DNA from: Alphaproteobacteria bacterium
GTDB taxonomy: Bacteria; Pseudomonadota; Alphaproteobacteria; JAAXGF01
Assembly: GCA_965218865.1 (NCBI GenBank)
Contig: CBDCME010000027.1
Location: 14,991-78,990 of the forward strand
Direction of reading: 5' to 3'
DNA length: 64,000 nt
Below the pieces are notes generated by a model. That model ran no database searches and was not told the origin of the DNA. It saw only the letters and a program-made list of their open reading frames with translations. The first letter of the stretch is position 1; each line of letters opens with the position of its first letter. Below, in pieces: positions 53,066 to 63,875 of the stretch. The translations under genes were made by a program, and so were the position numbers.

Positions 53066-53821
53066 ATGGCACGTCCGTTAACTTTATTTTTCGCCCTTGC
53101 CGCGCTGGCCTTCCTCGTCGATGCCTGCACCGAAACCCCTCGCCCCGTACCAAGGGATCCGGGACCAGCAAACCCTGTCTACAAGGTCGGAGATCCTTAC
53201 CAAGTCGCGGGAACCTGGTACACCCCGGCGGAGGATCCCGGCTACGACGAGATCGGCGTCGCTTCCTGGTACGGGTCGGATTTTCACGGCCGCCGAACCG
53301 CGAACGGTGATATATACGACATGAATCAGGTGACGGCGGCCCATCCGACGCTGCCGATGCCCAGCCGCGTGCGGGTCACCAACTTGGAGAACGGGCGCTC
53401 ACTGGTGCTCTCGGTCAACGATCGCGGGCCCTTCGTTCGCGGTCGCATCATTGATATTTCGCGGCGCGGCGCCGAATTGCTCGGTTATCGGGCGAAGGGC
53501 ACCGCGCGGGTACGCGTTCAGGTTCTCGGCACCGGTCATGACGCGCGGCCGGCGGTCAAGCCGACGGCGACCGTCAGCGATGAAATAATGGCCAATCGCG
53601 TATTCATTCAGGCGGGGGCGTACAGCAACGTTCAAAATGCGCGTCTCGTCAGTGGGGGACTCGAAAAATTCGGTCAAACGTCGGTTACACGAGTGGCTGT
53701 CGACGGCCGCTCGCTGTTTCGTGTCCGCCTAGGACCCATCGCTTCGCTCGACGAGGCCGGCCGGCTTCTTGGAAAGGTCGTCGCCGACGGTTTTCACGAC
53801 GCCCGGCTGGTGGTCGAGTGA
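53066..53821 (+). CDS. rlpA: septal ring lytic transglycosylase RlpA (DPBB domain plus C-terminal SPOR domain)
   Basis: Lipobox LVDAC, then ASWYGSDFHGRRTANGDIYD, and a SPOR domain at the C-terminus. Confidence 0.8.
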   Translation: MARPLTLFFALAALAFLVDACTETPRPVPRDPGPANPVYKVGDPYQVAGTWYTPAEDPGYDEIGVASWYGSDFHGRRTANGDIYDMNQVTAAHPTLPMPSRVRVTNLENGRSLVLSVNDRGPFVRGRIIDISRRGAELLGYRAKGTARVRVQVLGTGHDARPAVKPTATVSDEIMANRVFIQAGAYSNVQNARLVSGGLEKFGQTSVTRVAVDGRSLFRVRLGPIASLDEAGRLLGKVVADGFHDARLVVE

Positions 53822-53978
53822 GAGCCACTTCCGCGGCGGGTCGGAGTTCGGCGGCGGCGAGAACGTTGATTTAGGTCGTGCCAAGCTTGTCATCACTTCC
53901 GGTCCCAGGGACAATGAAATGTATTTTCCACCTGGGCCCCGACAAACAGGGCAATTTTTGCACTCCGTGTATCCGGAA

Positions 53979-55139
53979 ATGACGTACGCACGTTTGATTC
54001 GCCGGCTTTTCCGAATCGTATTTTGGACCGCCGTGCTGGTGGTTCAGGGTAACGGCGCCGCGGCGTTCGAGACTCAGGCGCAACGCGCTATCCTCATCGA
54101 TGACGTGACCGGCACCGTCATTTTCGAGAAGAACGCCGACGATCTCATGCCGCCGGCCTCGATGAGCAAACTTATGACGGCGTACATGCTCTTCGAACGC
54201 CTGGGAACGGGACGCCTTTCCCTCGAGGACACGTTTCCGGTGAGCGAAAAGGCGTGGCGAATGGGCGGGTCAAAGATGTTTGTCGAGGTTGGAAAGCGGG
54301 TTTCGGTGGAGGATCTCTTGCGCGGGATCATCGTTCAGTCCGGAAATGATGCCACGATCGTCGTCGCCGAAGGCCTGGCGGGATCCGAGGATGCCTTTGC
54401 GGCCGAAATGACGAAACGGGCAGACCAAATCGGGATGACGCGTAGCGTCTTCAAGAATGCGAGCGGTTGGCCCCAGGAGGGCCATGTGATGACCGCGCGC
54501 GACCTTGCCTTGCTGGCCCGCCGCACGATCCATGAATTTCCGGAGTTTTACGGATATTACAAGCAAGAAAAATTTACTTTCAACGATATCTCGCAAGCGA
54601 ACCGGAATCCGCTGCTCGGAAAATCACTGGGAGTCGATGGACTGAAAACTGGCCATACGAGTGAAGCTGGTTATGGTCTGACGGTCTCGGCGAAGCGTGG
54701 TGACAGGCGCCTTATCCTCGTCGTCGCGGGTCTCGACAGTAGCAAACGGCGGGCAACCGAGGCCGAGCGCCTGCTCGAGTACGGTTTTCAGGATTTCTCC
54801 AATTACGTGCTCTTCAAGGCCGGCGAAAAAGTAATCGACGCCGACGTCTGGTTGGGCGAATCCGTCAATGTTCCGATGCTCATCGAAGACAAACTCGTCC
54901 TCACGCTCTCTTACGAGAACCGCCGGAACATGACGGTCAAGGTGGTGTACGACAGTCCCATTCCGGCACCGATCAGCGCCGGCACGACGGTGGCGAAGCT
55001 CGTAGTGGAGATTCCAAACGCTCTCGATCTCGAGGTTCCCCTGGTTGTCGGCGACAGCGTGGCGGGATTGACGATGTTCCGCCGCTGGAGCGCGGCATTG
55101 GATTATCTGCTGTGGGGATCCGCCGCGCCGCGGCGCTGA
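53979..55139 (+). CDS. D-alanyl-D-alanine carboxypeptidase (PBP5/6 class)
   Basis: SMSK active-site motif, an SGN motif and a C-terminal beta-sandwich. Start chosen at MTYARL. Confidence 0.8.
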   Translation: MTYARLIRRLFRIVFWTAVLVVQGNGAAAFETQAQRAILIDDVTGTVIFEKNADDLMPPASMSKLMTAYMLFERLGTGRLSLEDTFPVSEKAWRMGGSKMFVEVGKRVSVEDLLRGIIVQSGNDATIVVAEGLAGSEDAFAAEMTKRADQIGMTRSVFKNASGWPQEGHVMTARDLALLARRTIHEFPEFYGYYKQEKFTFNDISQANRNPLLGKSLGVDGLKTGHTSEAGYGLTVSAKRGDRRLILVVAGLDSSKRRATEAERLLEYGFQDFSNYVLFKAGEKVIDADVWLGESVNVPMLIEDKLVLTLSYENRRNMTVKVVYDSPIPAPISAGTTVAKLVVEIPNALDLEVPLVVGDSVAGLTMFRRWSAALDYLLWGSAAPRR

Positions 55140-55166
55140 GCGAATGGGTCACCGTGGGGGAATGTC

Positions 55167-55805
55167 GTGAAAAGGGGCAGGTTCATTTCCTTGGAGGGCG
55201 GCGAAGGGGCGGGAAAATCAAGCCAATCGAAACTCTTGCAGTCGGCCCTCTTGGAACGTGGTCTCGAGGTCATCGAAACCCGAGAACCCGGCGGGAGCCC
55301 GGGGGCCGAGGAGATCCGAAATCTGCTCGTGATCGGCGCGGCGGACCGCTGGGACGCGACGACGGAAATCTTGCTCCATTTCGCCGCCCGCCGCGACCAC
55401 GTGGTCAAAACCATAGAACCGGGCTTGGCCAGGGGACAGTGGGTCGTGTGCGACCGTTTCACGGACTCGACCATGGCCTATCAAGGCTACGCCCAGGGCT
55501 TGGGTCGCGACGCCGTTATCGCATTACAGACGAACGTGATCGACGGCTTGACGCCGGATCTGACGTTGATCCTGGACCTTCCCGTCGAAACCGGACTGGC
55601 GCGGGCACTTGAACGCGGTGACGCAGACCGTTACGAGCGCATGGGTGCCGCCTTTCATCGGCGGCTGCGCGAGGGCTATCTCGATATCGCCCGGCGCGAA
55701 CCCGACCGCTGTGTTCTGGTCGATGCCCGCGGCGACCTCGACGCGGTGCATCGCGACATTCTTGGCGCCGTCCACGAGCGCCTCGGGCTTCCGGGTCGTG
55801 ACTGA
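55167..55805 (+). CDS. tmk: thymidylate kinase
   Basis: GTG start. P-loop EGGEGAGKS. Confidence 0.85.
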   Translation: MKRGRFISLEGGEGAGKSSQSKLLQSALLERGLEVIETREPGGSPGAEEIRNLLVIGAADRWDATTEILLHFAARRDHVVKTIEPGLARGQWVVCDRFTDSTMAYQGYAQGLGRDAVIALQTNVIDGLTPDLTLILDLPVETGLARALERGDADRYERMGAAFHRRLREGYLDIARREPDRCVLVDARGDLDAVHRDILGAVHERLGLPGRD

Positions 55806-56859
55806 CGGTGGCTCGAACGCCGCGGTTGCCGTGGCCCCACGGGCCAATCCCGAGCTCGTGGGCCATGCGGAGGCCGAGGCGCTTTTTCTCGATTGTTGGC
55901 GTCGTGACAGATTGGCGCATGCCTGGTTGATCACGGGGCCGCGCGGTGTCGGCAAGGCGACGCTTTCCTACCGCCTCGCGCGCATGCTCCTCGGGGCCGG
56001 GGAGGAGGTCCCACCGGACCATCCCGTGTTTCGGCGGGTCGCCGCCGGTTCTCACCCGGATCTCTTGAGCGTCGAACGGTCCGTGGGCGAAGATTCGAGA
56101 GCTAAGCTTCGAAGCGAGATCGTCATCGAAGACGCGCGCAAGGTGGCGCGGTTCCTGCACCTGACACCGTCGGAGGCGGGCTGGCGCGTAGTCATCATCG
56201 ACGGAGCCGACGAAATGAACCGCAACGCCGCCAACGCGGTCCTGAAAATCGTCGAGGAACCGCCGGCCAAGGCGCTCATCCTCATGACCTGCCACGCGCG
56301 CTACCGGGTGCTGCCGACGATACGCTCGCGGTGCCGGACCCTGGCCTTGCGTCCGCTCGACGTATCCCTTGTCGGCGATTGGCTCTGTCGGCGGCGTCCC
56401 GAACTCGCGGCCGACCAGGGCAGCGCCTTGGCGCGTCTCGCCAAGGGGCGACCGGGCGCGGCACTGACATTGGCGGACGGGGGTGGACTGGCACTTTACG
56501 AGGAATTGCTCGAACTCTTCGGCCAGCTGCCCAACCTCGAAATACCGGCGGTACACGAATTCTGTGAACGATTGACGCGGCGTGGGGCCGAGGAAACCTA
56601 TAGAATGTTCTTGAATATGTTGACCGAATGTCTCGCCCGATTCATCCGCTCGATCGCCGGCGGAAACCATTCCGACGCCATTGTCGCCAAGGAGGCCGCC
56701 GTCGGGGATCGTCTGGCCAAGTTGGCGGGACTTGATCAATGGCTGGACGTGTGGGACAAAACCCTTCGCCTCGCGGGCCAGGTGGACGGAATCAATCTGG
56801 ACCGTAAGCAGATCGCCCTGAGCTTATTCAATTCCATCGAGGCCGTCGCGCGGCGCTGA
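55798..56859 (+). CDS. holB: DNA polymerase III subunit delta-prime
   Basis: AAA+ lid GPRGVGKATL. It overlaps the tmk stop in the usual tmk-holB arrangement. Confidence 0.75.
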   Translation: MTDGGSNAAVAVAPRANPELVGHAEAEALFLDCWRRDRLAHAWLITGPRGVGKATLSYRLARMLLGAGEEVPPDHPVFRRVAAGSHPDLLSVERSVGEDSRAKLRSEIVIEDARKVARFLHLTPSEAGWRVVIIDGADEMNRNAANAVLKIVEEPPAKALILMTCHARYRVLPTIRSRCRTLALRPLDVSLVGDWLCRRRPELAADQGSALARLAKGRPGAALTLADGGGLALYEELLELFGQLPNLEIPAVHEFCERLTRRGAEETYRMFLNMLTECLARFIRSIAGGNHSDAIVAKEAAVGDRLAKLAGLDQWLDVWDKTLRLAGQVDGINLDRKQIALSLFNSIEAVARR

Positions 56860-56902
56860 CGCCGGCATTCCGCGAGGAAGCGAAGGCTTCCGGAGACCCC
56901 CA

Positions 56903-58450
56903 ATGGCGCAGGCCCCCGCGTACTACATCACCACGCCGATCTACTACGTCAACGACAAGCCGCACATCGGGCACGCCTACACCTCGTTGGCGTGCGACGC
57001 GGTGGCGCGATTCATGCGCCTGGACGGCTACCAGGTCTGGTTTCTGACCGGCACGGACGAGCACGGCCAAAAGGTGGAAAAGGCGGCGCGGAAGGCCGGA
57101 GAATCGACCCAGGCGTTCGTCGATCGGATGTCGCGGCCCTTTCGCTCTCTTTGCGGGTCGATGAATTTTTCGAACGACGACTTCATTCGCACCACGGAAC
57201 CCCGGCATATCGAAGCGGCGCAACAGTTGTGGCGCGAGCTCGAGGCGCGCGATCAGATTTATCTGGGCAGTTACGCCGGTTGGTACGCCGTGCGCGACGA
57301 AACCTTCTATGCCCAATCGGAAATCGTCGACGGCAAGGCTCCCACGGGCGCGCCCGTCGAATGGGTCGAGGAACCGAGCTATTTCTTTCGTTTGTCCCAG
57401 TGGCGGGAACGGCTGTTGTCGTTCTACGAGGACGAGGCGGATTTTGTCGCCCCGGCGAGCCGGCGAAACGAAGTCATCAGCTTCGTCAAGGGCGGCCTGA
57501 GCGATCTTTCGATCTCGCGCACGAGTTTCCGATGGGGCGTTCCGGTACCCGGCGACGACGACCACATCATGTACGTTTGGCTCGACGCCTTGACCAATTA
57601 TCTCACGGGCGCGGGATATCCGGACGTGGACGGCGCCGACTTTCGCGCCTACTGGCCGGCGGACCTGCACATGGTCGGCAAGGACATTCTTCGCTTCCAC
57701 GCCATATTTTGGCCCGCGTTCCTGATGGCGGCCGAAATCGCGCCGCCCAAACGGGTCTTCGCCCACGGCTGGTGGACCAACGAAGGGAAGAAAATCTCGA
57801 AGTCGCTCGGAAATATCATCGACCCCGTGACCTTAATCGACACCTATGGCCTCGATCAGGTCCGTTATTTTCTTCTGCGCGAGGTCCCCTTCGGCAACGA
57901 CGGCGACTTCTCGCACCGGGCCATGGTCAATCGGATGAACGGCGAACTGGCCAATGATATGGGGAATCTGGTGCAGCGGATCCTGGCGATGATTCAAAAG
58001 TATTGCGCCGCCCGGGTGCCGCGGGCCGGAAATCTGGACCCGGCCGACACGGCGCTCCTCGATGCCGCCTTTGGCTTGATCGAACGGGTGCGGGGAGCGT
58101 TTTCGCGGCAAGCGTTTCACGAAGCCCTGGACGCGATCTGGAGCGTGGTGCGGAGCGCCAACGTCTACGTCGATCGCCAAGCCCCGTGGAAGCTGCGCAA
58201 GTCCGACCCGGACCGGGCCGCCACGGTCCTCTACGTCGGAGCCGAAACCGTTCGCCACTTGGCGCTCATACTGCAAGCCGTGACACCCGCGGCGGCCGCT
58301 CGAATTCTGGACCAACTCGCGGTCCCGGAAGCGGGCAGGGGCCTTGAGGGGATCGGTCCCGACGGGGCCCTGGTGGCGGGGACGCCGCTGCCCAAACCCG
58401 CCGGCGTCTTTCCACGCTTCAAGACCTATGACGACGAGGCCCGATCGTGA
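56903..58450 (+). CDS. metG: methionine--tRNA ligase, short form
   Basis: HIGH motif (HIGHAYT) and KMSKS motif (KISKS). Confidence 0.9.
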   Translation: MAQAPAYYITTPIYYVNDKPHIGHAYTSLACDAVARFMRLDGYQVWFLTGTDEHGQKVEKAARKAGESTQAFVDRMSRPFRSLCGSMNFSNDDFIRTTEPRHIEAAQQLWRELEARDQIYLGSYAGWYAVRDETFYAQSEIVDGKAPTGAPVEWVEEPSYFFRLSQWRERLLSFYEDEADFVAPASRRNEVISFVKGGLSDLSISRTSFRWGVPVPGDDDHIMYVWLDALTNYLTGAGYPDVDGADFRAYWPADLHMVGKDILRFHAIFWPAFLMAAEIAPPKRVFAHGWWTNEGKKISKSLGNIIDPVTLIDTYGLDQVRYFLLREVPFGNDGDFSHRAMVNRMNGELANDMGNLVQRILAMIQKYCAARVPRAGNLDPADTALLDAAFGLIERVRGAFSRQAFHEALDAIWSVVRSANVYVDRQAPWKLRKSDPDRAATVLYVGAETVRHLALILQAVTPAAAARILDQLAVPEAGRGLEGIGPDGALVAGTPLPKPAGVFPRFKTYDDEARS

Positions 58451-59241
58451 CCCTGATCGACAGCCATTGCCACCTTGATTTTCCGGACTTCGAAAGCGAG
58501 TTGGACGACGTCGTCAGGCGGGCCCGCGAGGCCGGCGTGAGCGTCATGCAAACGATCTGCACCCGGCTTTCGGCTTTCCAAGGGGTCCTCGCCGTGGCCC
58601 GAAGGTACGACGGAATTTTCTGCTCCGTCGGCGTCCACCCGCACCACGTCGACGAGGAAGCCGTCGGCGACGGAGAATCCCTCGTCGCCTTGAGCGCCGA
58701 GGCCGAGGTTATCGGCATCGGGGAAAGCGGTCTCGACTATTACTACGACAACAGCCCCCGCGACCTGCAACGCGCCAGCTTCCGGGCCCATATCGCCGCC
58801 GCCCGGACGAGCGGACTGCCCTTGATCGTCCACACCCGCGGCGCCGACGACGACACCATGGCGATTCTCTCCGACGAAATGCAGGCGGGCCCGTTCAGCG
58901 GCCTCATCCATTGTTTCAGTACCGGCCGGGCCCTGGCCGAAGCCACCCTGGAACTGGGATTTTACATCTCGCTTTCCGGGATCGTGACGTTCAAGAACGC
59001 TGAATCCCTGCGCGCCATCGTCCGGGACCTGCCGCTGGACCGTCTACTGGTCGAGACCGACGCGCCCTATCTGTCGCCGATGCCCCGGCGCGGCCACAAG
59101 CCCAACGAGCCTTCGTTCGTTGTCCACACGGCAGCGTGCGTCGCTGAACTGAAGGGCCTCGACACGGACTCGTTTGCGGCGGCGACGAGCGCCAATTTTT
59201 TCGCCCTTTTTCAAAAGGCACAACCGGGAACCGAGCCATGA
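58447..59241 (+). CDS. tatD: TatD-family deoxyribonuclease
   Basis: DSHCHLDF at the N-terminus and a TIM-barrel metal site. Confidence 0.85.
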   Translation: MTLIDSHCHLDFPDFESELDDVVRRAREAGVSVMQTICTRLSAFQGVLAVARRYDGIFCSVGVHPHHVDEEAVGDGESLVALSAEAEVIGIGESGLDYYYDNSPRDLQRASFRAHIAAARTSGLPLIVHTRGADDDTMAILSDEMQAGPFSGLIHCFSTGRALAEATLELGFYISLSGIVTFKNAESLRAIVRDLPLDRLLVETDAPYLSPMPRRGHKPNEPSFVVHTAACVAELKGLDTDSFAAATSANFFALFQKAQPGTEP

Positions 59242-60008
59242 GAGTGATCATTTTGGGTTGCGGAGCCTCGGGCGGGGTACCCCTGATCGGCTGCGAGTGC
59301 CCGGTCTGCCAATCGGAGAATCCGTGCAACAAGCGCCGCCGGGTTTCGATTCTCGTAGAAGACGAGGCCACTCGGCTCTTGGTGGACGCATCGCCCGACC
59401 TCCGGGCCCAGCTCTTATACGCCCGCGTCGGGCGCTTGGACGCCGTGTTGTTCACCCACGACCACGCCGACCACGTCCACGGCATCGACGATCTTCGCGC
59501 CGTCAATCACCAGATCGATCAAGCGCTCGACGCCCACGGGCGAGCCGAGGACCTTGCCTCGATCGCCGCCCGCTTCGGTTACGCCTTCGCCCCGATCAAA
59601 CCGGGCCATGGCTGGTACAAGCCGCAACTCGTCTCTAGGGCCATCGAGGGGCCGTTTCGGGTCGGCACGATCGACGTCATACCCTTCGAACAGCGCCACG
59701 GCCGCAAGATTTCCCTAGGGTTTCGCTTTGGCGCCCTGGGGTATTCGACCGACGTGAACGAACTCGACGAAGCCGCCTTCGCCGCGCTCGCCGGAATCGA
59801 CACCTGGATCGTCGATTGCCAGGACCCCAGGCCCAATCCGGTTCATGCGTACCCCGAACTCGTTTTCCGCTGGATCGAGCGGATCAAGCCCCGCCGCACA
59901 ATCCTGACCCACATGAACCACGAGATGGATTACGAAACCCTGTGCGCCGAGCTCCCGGCCAACGTCGAACCAGCCCACGACGGCATGGTGATTCTCTCCA
60001 AGCCCTAA
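59238..60008 (+). CDS. MBL-fold metallo-hydrolase
   Basis: HDHADH motif; conserved partner gene of tatD. Confidence 0.7.
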   Translation: MRVIILGCGASGGVPLIGCECPVCQSENPCNKRRRVSILVEDEATRLLVDASPDLRAQLLYARVGRLDAVLFTHDHADHVHGIDDLRAVNHQIDQALDAHGRAEDLASIAARFGYAFAPIKPGHGWYKPQLVSRAIEGPFRVGTIDVIPFEQRHGRKISLGFRFGALGYSTDVNELDEAAFAALAGIDTWIVDCQDPRPNPVHAYPELVFRWIERIKPRRTILTHMNHEMDYETLCAELPANVEPAHDGMVILSKP

Positions 60009-60416
60009 CCAAAGCCCCCCGAGCGATTTTCCGCAGAGTGCCAACGGAACCCGTATTGGCCGGATAAAATGTGTCATAATATATCTTATGCGGCATTCCT
60101 GTGGCGCGCTGTTGCCGCCTCACCCACGGAAATGGCCCCCGGCTGATATCCGATCACCAGGAAGAGCGCAACCGCCACGGTCCCCCCCTTCGCCACGGTC
60201 GATCGAATCTTCCGGTCAAATGCGCTTGGCCCGCCTCATGGGGCGGCGCTTGGTGAAGTCGAGTAAAGCGACCTCTTGACGGAGGTCAGCAAACTTCTGG
60301 ATCCCCCTCTGCGCCATGAGGCCATGTTGTGCGGGGCGTGTGTCATGAGAGGTAATTCCGATCGTTTGGCTAGCGTATCATCGCGGCGGCCAAAGGGGCG
60401 CCACGGTCGTTAAAGG

Positions 60417-60478
60417 CAAGCGGTCGCCGCAAGACGAGGCCCAAGCGCCGTAGCCGCAAGCGGCGGCGGTGAGGGCGT
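60417..60478. repeat. left copy of a ~55-bp imperfect direct repeat; partner at 63876-63940
   Basis: Shared cgccgcaagacg..aagcgccg..ag.cg.aagcgg blocks, about 70% identity. The pair flanks the methyltransferase/IS630/RAYT segment. Confidence 0.45.
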
Positions 60479-60754
60479 AAGAACAATTCCAAAGTCAGCT
60501 TTTAGCCAATAGGTGCCGTTCAGGTTCCTTTCAACTTTTTCCATGCTTACTGGAGTAAAGCCGTCAAAATCAGTTCCGATTTTCCCTACATGCCAATTCT
60601 CTGATTGAGTATTCCCAAACAGTCGAATCTCACCAAGAAGCGACAGTCCGTACGCCGAGATGGATCGTATAAGGTGATCAAGTAATAACGAAATTATGGT
60701 GTCGTTGACTCACAGAACCGAGTTAACAATGGATCGTCTATAGAATAATCGCGC

Positions 60755-61456
60755 TCACAATACAATATTACTTAATGGGCCATACCAATCAAAATATTTT
60801 CCAAATAGTTTCTTAGCAAGCCGTCGCAGCGGACCCGTTACAACGACCTGCGAATGCACTTTAATTCCGAAGTATTCCAAAGTTTCGAGTAAGGCTTTCT
60901 CATTAAAGTAAGAATATGGATGGCCGCATAAACTGTTTGGGTTAGAGTCTGCTGGAATCGGACAATATAACAAACTATTTGTGTTGAAATCTTCGTATAT
61001 ACCCGTCTCCACTATGACTGTTGCACGATCGTGCAAAAGGTCTCTAACAACCTTCAAAGCCCAAAAAGGATATCTCAAATGATAAAGAAGTCCTGCAAAT
61101 ATAACCAAATCGAATTTACCATAGGCTTCACTATCGAAATCAAGTACGTTTAGAGTCATTGTTTTTATATTTGAATTCAAATGTGGTATTATAATGTTTT
61201 CCAGAGCTTCTATATTTTTCGTCGCATGATCAACTGCTATGACTTCTTCGGCTCCCCGCTTTTCCGCGGCAAGAGCAAACAACCCATTAGCACATCCAAG
61301 ATCTACTACACGCTTACCTTTCAAATCTATCAACTTTAATACTTCTTTTTGCTTTTCCCCCAGAGGTCGACCTGGCGTCTTAACCCCGTCGCCAAGATCA
61401 ATTGTTTGATAAAACGTGTATTCAGCAAGTTTGCTTTGAAGTAATTCACGATCCAT
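60755..61456 (-). CDS. class I SAM-dependent methyltransferase in a low-GC island
   Basis: DLGCANGLFALAAEKRGAEEVIAVD SAM-binding motif. The gene is AT-rich (about 35-40% GC against about 65% for the window). Confidence 0.65.
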   Translation of the reverse strand: MDRELLQSKLAEYTFYQTIDLGDGVKTPGRPLGEKQKEVLKLIDLKGKRVVDLGCANGLFALAAEKRGAEEVIAVDHATKNIEALENIIIPHLNSNIKTMTLNVLDFDSEAYGKFDLVIFAGLLYHLRYPFWALKVVRDLLHDRATVIVETGIYEDFNTNSLLYCPIPADSNPNSLCGHPYSYFNEKALLETLEYFGIKVHSQVVVTGPLRRLAKKLFGKYFDWYGPLSNIVL

Positions 61457-61532
61457 TCCCCGTCCTCCACACACGCAATCCGTCAGATTCCGACTGATGA
61501 TTAGGACCGCGAATATGATTTAGGGCATCTTA

Positions 61533-62703
61533 TACCAACCGCCCTTAACATTGACTTGTGCGAGCCCACGCTCTGAGGCCGATGGACATGATCTTCCAAG
61601 GTCGGTCGGTCAGGTTGTTCCAGGCTTGGCAAGAGGCCTCGACGATGGCTTCATAGGAGGTCGAAGACACGATTGGAGAGCCAGTTCTGGCGGAGGTATT
61701 GCCAGACATTTTCGGCGGGATTGAGCTCCGGGGACTTGGGTGGCAAAGGCACGAGGGAGATGTTCTCCGGGATGCCGAGTTTGGCAGTGGTGTGCCATGC
61801 GGCTTGGTCGAGCAGCACGACGGCATGGGCGTTTGGGGCAACGGCCCGGCTGATTTCCTCGAGATGCAGGTCCATGGCTTCAGTATTGGCGCGCGGCATG
61901 ACCAGCGCCGCGCCCTCACCGCGCTCGGGGCAGATGGCGCCGAAGAGATACGCCGAAGAGGTCCGTAGGTCCTTGACCTGGCGCGGGCGCGATCCCTTTG
62001 GGGCCCACTGGCGCACCAGGCTGTTCTTCTGGCCGACGCGCATTTCATCTTGAAACCAAACCTCGATGGGCGTGTCCGGTGGCTGTGCCGCTACGATTTT
62101 CGCCAAGTGTTCGGGAAAACTTTTTTTTAAATTCCTCCTGTGCCCGCGCATCCTGGCCGACGTGGCGCGGGCGCGCGGAAATATGCGAGAACCCGAGCCG
62201 CGGCCAGCAGCTTGCCGACGCTCCGCTCGTGATAGTCCACGCCGAAGCGCGTTCGGATCAGTTGCTTGAGATCGATGCAGCGCCAGCGCACGACCCCATC
62301 CCGTTCGGGATCGGGACCGGCCTCGATAGCCCGCGAAAGCGCCGCCATTTGCGACGGCGTCAACCGACGCAACGCCCCGTTCGGCTTGCGGTCGATCAGA
62401 CCGGCCGGACCTCCCGCGTTGAACCGGTGAACCCAGTCCCGCAACGTCTGCCGATCCATGCCGCCAATACCCGCCGCGCACGCTCGATCCATCCCATCGT
62501 AGATGGCCGCCATCGACAAAAGCCGGCGCGCCTGGTTCCCATCATCGCTCCGTGCCGCAAGAACACGGACTCTTTCAGCATCAAAGTCGTTTCGCAAAGG
62601 AATCGTTGGCATTGAACACACTCCCTTGTTGCCAACAACCTTGAATCACACAAAACCTAGCGTGTAAACCTCTTGCGCGAGTCAAACTCTAGGGCGGTTG
62701 GTA
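61533..62703 (-). mobile_element. IS630-family insertion sequence of about 1.17 kb
   Basis: About 35-bp terminal inverted repeats, TACCAACCGCCCTTAACATTGACT at 61533 and its complement ending at 62703, with TA at the flanks. Confidence 0.7.
61545..62612 (-). pseudogene. IS630-family transposase broken into three frames
   Basis: HTH region MPTIPLRNDF.. (62612-62127). DDE core IEVWFQDEMRVGQK..LDQAAWHT.. (62481-61651). C-terminal tail (62048-61545). Each piece is in a different frame. Confidence 0.65.
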
Positions 62704-62997
62704 TTAATATGTGCCGTGGAGACTGAGAAATAGCCCTGCCCCAATTAACACGCACCGGTTACCGGCGACAAAAGCACGTTTGGGTAACGACAGCAAGTGG
62801 CAAGCCGCAATCTTGGTTTGCGCCTTCGGATGGTCCGCGCCCTGAAGGTCTCTTAGGGGTCAAAAGCGGCCTAAAATTCGGGATCCAGGTGAGCGCGGGC
62901 GGCTTTCTTCCGTCTCTCGTTGATTATTCGGCTCACGCTGTTGGGGTGTAGCGGGCGCCGATCTTTCGGCTCGTCCATCCCTGCCCCGCCAGGATCA

Positions 62998-63801
62998 TTA
63001 TTTCGCGATCGCGCCGCCGCACGACGGTGTTTTCGCGGTGACGGTGCCGGACGTGAAAGGCGACGAACCGGTTCCGGTTCGGGGGACACAATACTTTCTT
63101 CGATAGCCACCGCGGCTCGGCGCGCGGTCCAACTTGTCTTCAGGTACGGCCTTGGCGGGGCCTGGTTTGCGCTTCTTCAGCCAGCGCCCCAGCCGTTCCT
63201 CCAAGTGCGCGATGAAATCCTCGGATCCCAGGGGCCGTCCGGTGCGCTCGTGCTGGCGCAAGACATCGCGCTCGCTCTCGCTCAAACCGGCGCGCAGATA
63301 GGCCGCCCAGTCCGCGATCCGATCCAGTAAGGGCGCCACGTTGACGAGATCGTCATCGCAGCCCCGCAGATGCGCCCGCGCGCTCGACCAGGGCCAATCC
63401 CGCGCCCGCCGGACCAGCCCCGCGCGCACCGGATTGAGTTCGACGTAGCGCCCCGCCGCGTGGAGGTGCGCCTCGTCCAAGGGAAAGGAGGCAAAGCGCC
63501 CCTGCCAAAGATAGCCGCGCCAGCCCTCGCGAAAGTTGATCCGCCGGGTGTAACGACGGTGTGCTTCGCCCAGCGCCTGGTGCAGCCCCGATCCGTCCTC
63601 GGGCGTCAGGGTCAGATGAACGTGGTTGGGCATCAGGCAGTAGGCCCAGACCGCAACCCCGGCCTCGCCGCAACACCTGGCCACCAGGTCCTTATAGCCC
63701 TGATAGTCTTCCTCGCCGAAAAATGTCTGCTGGCGCCGGTTTCCCCACTGCGTCACATGATGCGCCACCCCCGGAACCACAACCCGCGCCAATCGTGCCA
63801 T
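62998..63801 (-). CDS. REP-associated tyrosine transposase (RAYT/TnpA-REP, IS200-like Y1 HuH)
   Basis: MARLARVVVPGVAHHVTQ, HuH motif MPNHVHLTL, catalytic RYVELNPVRAGLV..WPWSS and a C-terminal LRQHERTGRPLGSEDF extension. Confidence 0.8.
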   Translation of the reverse strand: MARLARVVVPGVAHHVTQWGNRRQQTFFGEEDYQGYKDLVARCCGEAGVAVWAYCLMPNHVHLTLTPEDGSGLHQALGEAHRRYTRRINFREGWRGYLWQGRFASFPLDEAHLHAAGRYVELNPVRAGLVRRARDWPWSSARAHLRGCDDDLVNVAPLLDRIADWAAYLRAGLSESERDVLRQHERTGRPLGSEDFIAHLEERLGRWLKKRKPGPAKAVPEDKLDRAPSRGGYRRKYCVPRTGTGSSPFTSGTVTAKTPSCGGAIAK

Positions 63802-63864
63802 GCCCGCGAACATGACAGCGGTGACCCGACCAGGTCAATTAAGTATTGTGTCCCCAGAACAGGA
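63063..63864. repeat. 24-bp inverted repeats, AAGTATTGTGTCCCC(A/C)GAAC(A/C)GGA, bracketing the RAYT gene (arms at 63063-63086 and 63841-63864)
   Basis: The left arm lies inside the last about 30 codons of the RAYT ORF. The right arm lies 40 bp upstream of its start. Confidence 0.6.
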
Positions 63865-63875
63865 GAACCACGCCG

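Noticed and set aside
55516-57766. Minus-strand ORFs of 407 and 312 aa
   Set aside because: Antisense to tmk, holB and metG.
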